A stretch of DNA of 30,724 nt, taken from assembly GCA_048938385.1 (NCBI GenBank), contig JBHLMG010000026.1:1-30724 (forward strand), written 5' to 3'. Positions 17,439-27,100 of the stretch are shown here, one piece after another (position 1 is the stretch's first letter; each line of letters begins with the position of its first letter). The position numbers and the translations under genes are program-made. This stretch comes from Promethearchaeota archaeon. Lineage in GTDB: Archaea > Asgardarchaeota > Hermodarchaeia > Hermodarchaeales > Hermodarchaeaceae. A model generated the notes under the pieces. It was not told the origin of the DNA. It did not search any database and saw only the letters and a list, made by a program, of their open reading frames with translations.

Positions 17439-17759
17439 ATGTCAGAAGCAAAAAACGGCGACACTGTGCGTGTCCACTATGTAGGTAAATTCCCTGGCGG
17501 AAAGGTCTTTGATACCTCGCTGGAAAAGGAGGCCGTACGCGCGGGGATATTCAATAAGGGTCGTGATTACAAACCCTTAGAAGTCACCTTGGGAGCAGGT
17601 CAGGTCATTAAAGGCTTCAATGATGCCATCATCGGCATGAAACCAGGGGATGAGAAGACCGTCACGCTTCCGCCCGAACAGGCTTATGGGAAGAAAGGAA
17701 AACATCCCATGGCAGGGAAGACTCTAGAGTTTCGGATCATCCTCGTGGATATCAAATGA
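17439..17759 (+). CDS. FKBP-type peptidyl-prolyl cis-trans isomerase (SlyD-like, no insert-in-flap domain)
   Basis: GDTVRVHYVG, FDTS, GQVIKGF, PPEQAYG and HPMAGKTLEF motifs. Confidence 0.92.
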   Translation: MSEAKNGDTVRVHYVGKFPGGKVFDTSLEKEAVRAGIFNKGRDYKPLEVTLGAGQVIKGFNDAIIGMKPGDEKTVTLPPEQAYGKKGKHPMAGKTLEFRIILVDIK

Positions 17760-17814
17760 CCTAGTATGCCTTTCCAGAGTAAACGACGGGTAAAGTTAAA
17801 TACGGCTATCAGCG

Positions 17815-19170
17815 TTGCTGCACTCCAAAAGGGGGTTCCACTCTGTGTATCCAGTAAAGGTTAATCCACTTATTCGCTATTCAGTGTATCTTCCATACAT
17901 CGGCTTCTTCATCGCCTTCATCTCCCTCGGGATACCAACCATTGGCTTTTATGTCCTCATTCTTGGTACTCTCATTCTGATCGTAGGGACAGCCATCCAA
18001 ATTTATAGTAATTATTTGCGTCGAAAAAGTCAGGTGAAAACGAGTCTGGGAATAGATTATCTCTTCCCATCGATAGTCACCTGGGTCGTCTCTGAGAAAT
18101 TTGCAGCAATGCACGATCAGGATGTTCCTAGTGAAGCAGAATTCACTGACGAAGAGTTGCAGGAACTTCTTACGGTGATCAAAGAGCGAAAACGGGGACG
18201 CCAACAGGCTGCAGGACAACTTGCTCTTGCAGGGACGCAAGGGATTCAACCAGCTTTAGAACTTTTCAAAGAAGAACACCCTGAACCTCGGCGTTTAGCG
18301 GCAATTATCATTCGTCAAGTTGGACCACCTGCCCTGGAAGCAGTACCTACATTACTTGACCATCTGAACGAACCCGATCCTTATCTACGGGCAATCATTA
18401 TCCTTGCCTTAGGTCGAATTGGCCCAAAGGCAAAAGAAGCTAATCCTCAGCTCCTAGAACAGCTTCATCACGAAGCCTACGATGTTCGTGTATGTGCTGC
18501 TATTGCGTTGGGACGCATCAACGCACGAACCAAAAATCAAGAAATCATCAATGCTCTCACTGAACTAAATGATGATGAGCATCAGAGTGTCAGAACTGCC
18601 GTAACGATCGCCTTAACTGAACTCGGATATCGTGACAAGAACACCATTCCTCTGCTAATTAACGGTCTTCGGGATTTGAATCCCTATCTAGCTCTTCTAA
18701 GTGTTGAGCAGGTTGGGATTATAGGTAAAGACGCTAAGGACGCTGTTCCAGATTTAATTGAAGCACTCAAGGGTAATGTCCCCATAATCAACATTAAAGT
18801 TGCTCACGCACTTTACCGCATTGGATATGATCCCCTCGGACTTCTTCGCCCTATTTTAGTGGCGGCTCGCAGTCGAGAGCTCTTTGTTCGCTTGGAAGCT
18901 CTCGAAATCCTCGAAGCTATGGGTCCAACTGCGGAACCAGCTCAACAAGCCTACATTCGAATGCTCGCTGACCGTGATGCGCTAACGCGGGTGGTTGCAA
19001 TACGTGCAATATCATTTCTGGGTGAAAAGGCTCGACCCCTCTTACCTCAAATCCGTAATGCACTCAACGATTCTGCAAAAGCCGTTCAGTACCATGCCGA
19101 ACAAATCCTTAACTCGTTGGGTGAACCCCTTGAAGAACCCGAACAATTAGACGAAGACGACGCGGATTAA
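17815..19170 (+). CDS. HEAT-repeat (PBS-lyase-like) protein with N-terminal TM hairpin
   Basis: Repeats such as VRVCAAIALGRI and DAVPDLIEAL; two N-terminal hydrophobic helices; acidic tail. Start uncertain. Confidence 0.85.
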   Translation: MLHSKRGFHSVYPVKVNPLIRYSVYLPYIGFFIAFISLGIPTIGFYVLILGTLILIVGTAIQIYSNYLRRKSQVKTSLGIDYLFPSIVTWVVSEKFAAMHDQDVPSEAEFTDEELQELLTVIKERKRGRQQAAGQLALAGTQGIQPALELFKEEHPEPRRLAAIIIRQVGPPALEAVPTLLDHLNEPDPYLRAIIILALGRIGPKAKEANPQLLEQLHHEAYDVRVCAAIALGRINARTKNQEIINALTELNDDEHQSVRTAVTIALTELGYRDKNTIPLLINGLRDLNPYLALLSVEQVGIIGKDAKDAVPDLIEALKGNVPIINIKVAHALYRIGYDPLGLLRPILVAARSRELFVRLEALEILEAMGPTAEPAQQAYIRMLADRDALTRVVAIRAISFLGEKARPLLPQIRNALNDSAKAVQYHAEQILNSLGEPLEEPEQLDEDDAD

Positions 19171-19245
19171 GACTTCTCGATTTGTTCGTTATTCATGGCA
19201 TAGGCTTTTTGAGTTGGAAACCCCCTTGTCAATCGGGGTCGGGTT

Positions 19246-20058
19246 ATGTTTCATCAAAAACCTAGCTTACTCCCAAGTCTCCTCTATACTGGGCTGTGTG
19301 TCTTATTCGTTTTCGGTCCCGTTTCAGGAAGTGAAATACAATCACAATACGGATATCAAACAGGTGAGATCTATTCATTCACGGATTCAGTTACAGAAAC
19401 TTTTGATATGAACGATACTTATCTCCTCGAACAGGCAATGCACTCTTTTCAAATCCAAATCCAAACCGTTGAAGAGAATGTAGCCAATTACACCATCTTG
19501 ATTACTGTTCAGATACTAAATCTTTCAGCAGGATTAGAAGACTACCTTCGAGTTACAGACATGGAAGGGCACACACCAATCGTCGCTAGTCCTTTCATAT
19601 ACTTCACTCACACTCAATGGGACCTTCATGTCATAGACTTTCTTGACTCAGCGGAGGATTATATGGCTGCCACTCAGATGTCTGGCAGTGTGAACTATGA
19701 TCTTGAAACGAGGTATTTTACTTGGAACCTCTCCAAATACATATCCACCCTAATTTCGCCCTATGACATCGATGACGATGAAGATCCAGATGCCTACACT
19801 TCGATTTCGAGATATTCTGCAACCTTTACAGAGAAAGGTGTTCTACAATCTCGGGAATTTATCACAGAGTTCCGATTCACGAATGGGGCTCGTTATTGTA
19901 GGGCTCGGCGAATTTCATTAGATACACCCTTGTCAGTACCTCAACCAATAATTTTTCTAATAATCATTGGGGTGTTAATAGTGAGTACTCTCCTTCTTGT
20001 GGCCTTGACAATTTTTTGGACTTACCGACAACTAACTACTCCAACAACCCGAAGATGA
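19246..20058 (+). CDS. Hypothetical secreted protein with C-terminal membrane anchor
   Basis: Signal peptide-like N-terminus, acidic DIDDDEDPD loop, C-terminal TM and basic tail. Confidence 0.75.
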   Translation: MFHQKPSLLPSLLYTGLCVLFVFGPVSGSEIQSQYGYQTGEIYSFTDSVTETFDMNDTYLLEQAMHSFQIQIQTVEENVANYTILITVQILNLSAGLEDYLRVTDMEGHTPIVASPFIYFTHTQWDLHVIDFLDSAEDYMAATQMSGSVNYDLETRYFTWNLSKYISTLISPYDIDDDEDPDAYTSISRYSATFTEKGVLQSREFITEFRFTNGARYCRARRISLDTPLSVPQPIIFLIIIGVLIVSTLLLVALTIFWTYRQLTTPTTRR

Positions 20059-20069
20059 AGAAGGGCTGG

Positions 20070-20942
20070 TTACTTTCGGAGTTTGAAAAGCAATTGCAAA
20101 TTCTTTTGAAACCACTCATCTCCCCCTGGTGTCTCTAAGGCCATGGGATGAGACTGAAACCGAGGATCGTTCACCAGTTGAGCAAAGACTTCAGTGCTGA
20201 TTTGTCCATACCCTATGTTCGCGTGGCGGTCTTTGTGGCTTCCTGGGCTAGCAGGTGTATCATTAAGGTGAAACGCAAGCAAGTTTTCCAACCCAATTAT
20301 TGAATTAAATTGTTCAAGAACCTCTTCTAAACCAACTGGAGCTCGAAGATCATAGCTTGCGGCTAGTGCGTGAGCTGTGTCCAGGCAAACCTTCACACGC
20401 TCTGGCATTTGAATTCGCTTCCGGATTTCAGCGATTTGTTCAAATCGACTTCCAAGCTGTGCACCCGCGCCTGCTGTGTTTTCGATCAGTAATTTGACAG
20501 TTTGATGAGGGCGTTGATCAAGTAACCGTTGAAGGCTATTTACGAGATTTTGTATTCCTCGTGCTTCGGTGGTCTCGCGATATGATCCAGGATGAAAGAC
20601 CAGGTAGGGGATTCCAAGGGCCTCGCATCGGTCCATCTCTTCAAGGAAGGTTGTTTCTGATCGTTTTCGGAGCGTTTTATCGTGACTAGCGAGATTAATG
20701 AGGTAAATGCTATGTGCCATAATCGCTTTGATTTTGTAGATTTTGATGTTTTCTTTAAACCCTGTGATATTTTCATCTGTGAGTGGTTTGGCCTTCCACT
20801 GATTGGGGTTCCGAGTAAAAATTTGAATACACTCACAGCCCAACGCTGTTCCTCGCTGAGGGGCATATTGCACACCTTTGCTGATAGATACATGACACCC
20901 TAACAAACCCACTTCGAATCCAAACCTCCAACCCATGAACAT
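20070..20942 (-). CDS. nfo: Endonuclease IV (AP endonuclease family 2)
   Basis: GCHVSI, QIF, HSIYLINL, FHPGS, ENTAG, CLDTAH, HLND, DRHANIG and LETP motifs; likely start GTG at 20912. Confidence 0.95.
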   Translation of the reverse strand: MFMGWRFGFEVGLLGCHVSISKGVQYAPQRGTALGCECIQIFTRNPNQWKAKPLTDENITGFKENIKIYKIKAIMAHSIYLINLASHDKTLRKRSETTFLEEMDRCEALGIPYLVFHPGSYRETTEARGIQNLVNSLQRLLDQRPHQTVKLLIENTAGAGAQLGSRFEQIAEIRKRIQMPERVKVCLDTAHALAASYDLRAPVGLEEVLEQFNSIIGLENLLAFHLNDTPASPGSHKDRHANIGYGQISTEVFAQLVNDPRFQSHPMALETPGGDEWFQKNLQLLFKLRK

Positions 20943-21045
20943 ATCTAATCTCGAAAATTCTTCTATGATAACAACCTTTTTCTAACAATACCAAGGCTGT
21001 TACGCCTTATATTGTACGCCCCATGAATTCTATGAGGTTTCATGA

Positions 21046-22482
21046 ATGGTCGATTTGGTCGGAAAATTCTTTGGTTTAAAAGATGAAACCGACCGGGTTA
21101 AGAGGCTTGCAAAAGTTGCAGCGATCTTCATGCCTTTTGCAGCTTTTGCCTTCATGATGTCAACCACCTTCTATTCCTTCTATGTGGCTATCACTCTGGC
21201 TCCTGGAAATTTGAACCTAGGATTTGCCTTTGTAGGTATTCTCGCCTCTGTCACTATGGCTGTGCAATTGACGATGGATTATCCCACTGGTGGGATCGGT
21301 GACTGGATTGGGCAACGCTGGATTCTTGCTTCAGCCTTCCTCTGCTTCGCGTTGTCGTTTTTCCTAACTTGGATGTCTCAGTTCTTTCCTTACTTCTGGT
21401 TCTTCGTCATTATCTACATCATTTCTGCGATTGGTGCAGCTCAACAATCGGGGGCAATCGCAGCCTGGTTTGACAATAACTATCGTGCAGTAGCAAAGGA
21501 CCCGGAACGTAAAGCCTACAGCATTGCCCAAGGGCGGATGGGTATGCTTTTTCAAATCTCAGCAACTGGCGTATTGATTCCCGGTGCCTTCATAGCCACA
21601 CTAATGGGTCGCGAGTTTGTGTTTCTTCTTCAAGCAATCTTTTGTATTATCATTGGCGTTTCTTCTCTACTACTCTTCCGAGATTTTCCCGAAGTTATAG
21701 AAAATCGTCCCAAGCGTTCACTTAAAGCCTATTATGGAATCCTCCGAGAAGGGTTAAGCTTCGCCTTCTCATCAAGGTATGTTGCGTTTTACATCATTGG
21801 CTCAGTGCTAATGTCAAGCACTATCATCGTCTGGGGGAACATGATCCTATTCTACATTTACTACTCCTACCTCGCTTACAGTGACATCGCCGTCGCGTTG
21901 TTTCGCACTATTCTCTTTGCAACAAGTGTTATTTGGGTTGAACGCGCCGGCGTGTGGACAAGGAAACTTGCGGTGGAGAAATGGATTCCACGAGCCCAAT
22001 TTCTTCAGACTTGTGGTCCGGTTTTCTATTTCGTCGTGGCAATTGTGACCTTATTCCTGCTACCTGTAGTTCTTCCTTTCCCTTTCATGTATTTCCAAAT
22101 TCCGACAATCTTGATATGTTTGAGCTTCATCCTTTCTGGGATTTTTTCTGGCGCAACTAACATTCTCAATCAGCGTCTAGTATTGGATATGGTTCCTGAC
22201 AAAATCCGAAATGGCATATACTCACTCTTTCCTTCGCTAACCTTCATTTTTGCTGTCCCCCAAATGATCCTGTTCGCATTTGTAATGACTTCCCCTTCAT
22301 TGAGCGTTCTTTCTCAACTTCCTTTAGTTACGGTGCTTTTCGGACTCGGAATCATTAGCCTAATTGGTTTAATAATCCTAAGACTTGGTTTACAAGCAGC
22401 ACCTAAACTTCCCCCTTCAAAGGGAGAAGCCTTACCAAAAGAGGAAATCCCAATAGGCCCTATACCCGTAGAGCCCACCTAG
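21046..22482 (+). CDS. MFS transporter
   Basis: About 12 TM segments; DYPTGGIGDWIGQR (motif A-like), SGA..AWFDNNY and VPDKIRNG. Confidence 0.88.
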   Translation: MVDLVGKFFGLKDETDRVKRLAKVAAIFMPFAAFAFMMSTTFYSFYVAITLAPGNLNLGFAFVGILASVTMAVQLTMDYPTGGIGDWIGQRWILASAFLCFALSFFLTWMSQFFPYFWFFVIIYIISAIGAAQQSGAIAAWFDNNYRAVAKDPERKAYSIAQGRMGMLFQISATGVLIPGAFIATLMGREFVFLLQAIFCIIIGVSSLLLFRDFPEVIENRPKRSLKAYYGILREGLSFAFSSRYVAFYIIGSVLMSSTIIVWGNMILFYIYYSYLAYSDIAVALFRTILFATSVIWVERAGVWTRKLAVEKWIPRAQFLQTCGPVFYFVVAIVTLFLLPVVLPFPFMYFQIPTILICLSFILSGIFSGATNILNQRLVLDMVPDKIRNGIYSLFPSLTFIFAVPQMILFAFVMTSPSLSVLSQLPLVTVLFGLGIISLIGLIILRLGLQAAPKLPPSKGEALPKEEIPIGPIPVEPT

Positions 22483-22489
22483 CTATCCG

Positions 22490-23899
22490 TCAGTCTTCGG
22501 GTGGTGTTTCCAGTCGTTTTACGATAAGACGAATACCATCCAATCGAACTACCTCAACGGATTCGCCTGCTTTAACGACGCCCTTTTCAACCTTAGCCAT
22601 CCAACTCTCTCCGAAGGCACGGACACGCCCTTCAGGATCTAGCAGGGTTTCAGCAACTCCTGGAGCCCCAGGCATGAGGCGTGGATCAAAGTCACTGGTT
22701 AACCGACGCGCTTGAGCGGCTTTGATGATAGCGAACCCAAAGAGCGCAGAGAAAGATAGGGCAATCGCTGCAGAGGCGCCTTGGAATAACCACATAATTT
22801 GTGAAGGCACGAGCCATTGACTAGGTGGTAGAAAGAATATACCACCAAGTACAAAGCAAGCTACACCAAAACCCGCTGCAAGCCCTGCAAAGGAAATTTC
22901 GGTTTTCGCTTCAATAAGAAGTAATGCCACTCCAAAGGCCATCAGAACAATGCCTGCTAACGAAATTCCTATTATACCCAACCCCACGAGGCCAAGAACA
23001 ATACAGACGATGCTGATGATTTCACCCATGTGGCCAGGGGCATTGAGCGCAAAGATGAAGCCCCAGATGCCAATTTGTAATAATAGGAAGCTAATAACCG
23101 GATGGGAAAGAAAGGAAAGAATAGTTAATCCTGTGTTCGGTGTGTAATAGTATCGTGACTCTGAGGCAATATTGGCAAAATCTTCGACGATTTGGCTATA
23201 ATTGAAGCTTCCAAGATCAGCAGTAGGAATAAGTCGGTAAGTAAGGTCATTTGGTTGCAACTCTCGTTGGACTAAAGTGTAGGCTTCAAGACTAGTCAGG
23301 AGTTCAGGGATTGATCCATCTACGAGTTCTACGCTCTCGGTAGCCAGAGCCTGAGTTGGTCCAATAATGAGGTTCTCAAGGATGAAGCGTGAACCAGTTG
23401 TAGTATTGCGTTCGTGTAGGTGTGCTTGCGAGGTCATCAGAGACACGAGGTTGTTCAGATACGCTGGATCTGTGATGGGAAAGATTCCTGCAATTGGTTG
23501 ACAAGCACCTATCTGAGAGGCAAGTCCCATAGCCGCGATGTGAGCGGCTTGTAACAAATAGGTCCCGCCACTAATACCTTGACTAGCTGTGGGAATGTAG
23601 ACCATAATAGGTATCGGTGAAGTGGTAAACAGCTGCATGATGTTAAGAACAGCACCAAGTTCTCCTCCTGTTGTACTCAGCTCAATCAGTATTAACCGCG
23701 CATTCAGGGACTCTGCGACACTTAGTAATTCTTGGATCGCTAGAGTTGTCGCTCCGGTGATGTGTCCCGATAAAGAAAATATCACTACCGGTTCACCTGT
23801 TTGAAGCTCCTCGGCATTTGCAATGATTTGACTCGCAAATAAACTACTTAGAAGGCAAAGCAGGACAACGCTAACGAGAATCCGTGATCGCAGTACCAT
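22490..23899 (-). CDS. nfeD: Long NfeD-family protein (ClpP-like domain, TM domain, C-terminal OB fold)
   Basis: STTGG (DTPGG-like), GISGGTY, AAHIAAM, IGACQP, a TM block, and C-terminal L.PEGRVRAFGESWMA...GESVEVVRLDGIRLIV. Confidence 0.85.
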   Translation of the reverse strand: MVLRSRILVSVVLLCLLSSLFASQIIANAEELQTGEPVVIFSLSGHITGATTLAIQELLSVAESLNARLILIELSTTGGELGAVLNIMQLFTTSPIPIMVYIPTASQGISGGTYLLQAAHIAAMGLASQIGACQPIAGIFPITDPAYLNNLVSLMTSQAHLHERNTTTGSRFILENLIIGPTQALATESVELVDGSIPELLTSLEAYTLVQRELQPNDLTYRLIPTADLGSFNYSQIVEDFANIASESRYYYTPNTGLTILSFLSHPVISFLLLQIGIWGFIFALNAPGHMGEIISIVCIVLGLVGLGIIGISLAGIVLMAFGVALLLIEAKTEISFAGLAAGFGVACFVLGGIFFLPPSQWLVPSQIMWLFQGASAAIALSFSALFGFAIIKAAQARRLTSDFDPRLMPGAPGVAETLLDPEGRVRAFGESWMAKVEKGVVKAGESVEVVRLDGIRLIVKRLETPPED

Positions 23900-24156
23900 T
23901 CACCCAAGAAGGGCTAGCGAATCTAACCTAAAGTAGTTTTGGTTTAAACACAAACCTACCTTACAAAACAAGGGGTCATACACTATGCGACATCCTCAAG
24001 GAGCTCGAGTCTAATCAATTTCTCACCGAATTTCCGCCTTAACACCCCTTCGAAAGTTATGGTGATATCAAACCATCCGATGGCAATTCGTGAAGTGAAT
24101 TATTACTTTATGAAGAATTAGAGAACCATTTAACTAAAGTGATAAAAAAATTTGAA

Positions 24157-24186
24157 GCTTCCTGTACACCGAAAGGGACAGGAAGC
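24157..24186 (-). terminator. Hairpin plus T-tract downstream of the giant gene
   Basis: GCTTCCTGT/ACAGGAAGC 9-bp stem 10 nt past the stop at 24197, followed on the minus strand by TTCAAATTTTTTT. Confidence 0.6.
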
Positions 24187-24196
24187 CTAATTGGAA

Positions 24197-27100
24197 CTAA
24201 TCTTCCATATCTGCTGATTGGCGCAACGAATTATAGGTAGCCTGCCGTTCTTTCTTGCTCAAATACTGGAGATGATCCACCAAGGCTTCAACTTCCTCCT
24301 TGGACAGCCTAGGAATCTTAGCCAGCTCCCGCCGAATCTCAGCCACTACTACCGCCGATGCTGCAGTTGTTTCCTGGAGCTCTGGTGGCAGAACCGTGGG
24401 GGCCGTTCGATCTTCGGTCAATACCTTAGGCGGGGGTGGCTCCTTTGGTGCCACCTCAGCCAATGGTGGTGCCTCTGGTTCTCCGGGCGGCTTCTCTGTA
24501 GGAGTTTCTGGAGGCTGTATTTTAGGTCGTTCTTGTAGCGTCAGGAAGTCCATCCGCCGCTGCCCCATCTGGCGACGGAGATCATCGAGGAACCAGATTC
24601 GGTCTTTTCGCGGGATCTTGCGCATTTCATTGGCAAGCACGGTTTTTTCTTCAGGACCTAGTCCCGGAATCTTGTCGAGTTCTGCCATGATGTCTTCTTC
24701 GGACGCGGTGATTTCTTCGACTTCTTCCATTTTAGGAATCATTAACTTCGTAGCGGATACTCCAATCGTATCCATTGCCGCACTCACTTTAGTTTCAAAG
24801 GTTGCATTCCGGACATGGAAGCGCTTGAAGTCCTTGCGACCCAGCGAGTATTCGCCGTGCTTCTCGACTGTTTTTGCGAGTTTGCGCATTCGGCGCACTT
24901 CCCAGGGAATCGAATACACGCGCGCCCAGAGAATCCATCCCATCAAAGCAATAATCAAGACAATAGCTCCAAAGGATCCGAAGGTGATGAGGTTGCTCAT
25001 GAATTCGGTGAATTGGATGTTGAGTGCAGATTCAATGGAGTTCAAAGCCGCATAACCAGTTTTGGACGCTGTTATGGTCAAGGTACCCGAGCAAACAATT
25101 GACGCCGTAATTATAATATCGTATGAGCCATCGACCTCGGCGGGGATAACTTCCACAACAGCTCCTTCTACTGGCGATAGCTCGAGCTTTGGATCAAAAA
25201 GCGCTCCAGTGACAGGCGCACCGTGATAGGTGTCATTCAGATATAATGAATAGTAGTATGTTTGTCCAACATAAAATGTGGTTGGAATAGAATCATAGAT
25301 AAGCTCCATAGGAATAAAGCCGACTTCTAGGGTTTTGGTAACTATTTGATCAATATAATATTCTGAACTGAATTTTATCGTCAATTCGTTGGGACGCGAT
25401 GTCTCATTAAACCGGAAGCGGATGGTCCAATAACCAGAACTATTATCATAGTCAAAGTATCCAAACTCATAGTAACGGAACCATGCATCGAGCACCTCTG
25501 CACTAGTCAATGTATTCATATTCAAGTCTCTGTACCAGAAGGTAAGGACAAGGGTGTCATTGATTGGAATGAACCAACTCGAATCCGTAAAGGGCACAGA
25601 AATGTTGTACTCAATACCATCAATAGTATTCAAGGTATACGCACTAACTAGTAGTAATTCAGTGGAGGCTTTGCTAATCGTAAGGGCAACTTTCACTTCA
25701 GCATAGGCGTAATTTCCATAGACTTCATGATAAATACTAATAATCCGGGCTTGTGGACTCGGGGTTGCATTTGCCGGGAAGGTGCCCGTATACCAGCCAT
25801 TACCCAATCCAGTTAGATCAAATCGGCGACTCTGCCAGATTAAGTATATTGGATCATTAGGAATTCCTAGGTTATCTCTTGTATCATTTAGAAACACATT
25901 GATTGTTACGAGGTCGGTGTAATTTGCGGAATAAGATGAGAATTCAGCGATAATCTCACAGGGTTTGTACAGCAGCGTAATGGTGAAGGTTACTTGTTGT
26001 TGCAGGGCATTGGCAGTCCTTGCTGTCACCGTAATAGTTTGGGGTTGAATACGCCAAAGTGAAGTATCGAAGTCACAATAGTAGAGACCATCGTATAAAA
26101 AGGTGAAATCCGCCAACTTTAGGGATGTCGAAGCATTCAATGCCTCTATAGTTGCACCGTTCAAAAAGTTCCAAAAAGAGCCATTGTCAAATGTTGAATA
26201 AAATCGTACATAAAGTGTTGCAGTATCCTCCACATAGACTTGTATGGCTGTGCTGTTTCCAGGGGGAGTGTTAGAATCTAGTTTTGTTTTGACTGGTTGA
26301 ATGCTTAAGGAGAAGATAAAGAACTCTGTCTCGTAGTTTGTCATATTAGTTTCAATGATAAGTTGGGTCCCCGTTGCGATGATTGAGCCGGTGTCAATGA
26401 TGGGGCTAATTGTATAATAGCCCGGTGTGCCAGTATATGTCATTACAGCCCAATCGAATGTATACCATTGGTAACGTATCGATGCACCATCACCAGGAGT
26501 TAATGGCGTAAATGTCAATCCATCTTCAAGGTAAACAGTAATCGGAATTACTTCACCCCAATAGACGATAATGACACTAACCCCCGGAGCGGGGTCGACC
26601 TTCTGGAGCACAAGGGGCGCTAGGTGAATGGTAATATCCACATCGCGTGTTTGCTCTTCGTAGTTGACTTTACTAGCAGTCAAATAAAAGGAGAAGGCCC
26701 CTGCCGCTAAACCAGATGTGTCAATGGTAATAATCCAGGTTCCATCATCTTGGTAAAATGAGAACGGTAAAGCTACATCGATTGTCCATATCACATCGCT
26801 AATATTCACCATTCCATGATCTCGATCGCGGTAGAGGGCTGTGATGACAAGCTGTTGAGTATAGTATACCGTCGATGGCTGAGACCAATCGAGTGTGGTT
26901 CGAATTTCACGAACCCGGGCCGAAACATAGGTATCCGCTGATGCATAATAGGGAAGATATATTGGGTCGAATCCGGTAGGCCATGTCAATGTGATATGAA
27001 ATGAATAGGTATCCACATCCAGATTCTTGCTGCCACGAATAATGATCGTATAATTCCCACCAGTCCCTGACCACGACCAGGTAGGAACATACCAATAAGT

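Noticed and set aside
19200-19216. TAGGCTTTTTGAGT as a repeat copy in the right half
   Set aside because: Needs several gaps; more likely a TATA-like element for the 19246 gene.
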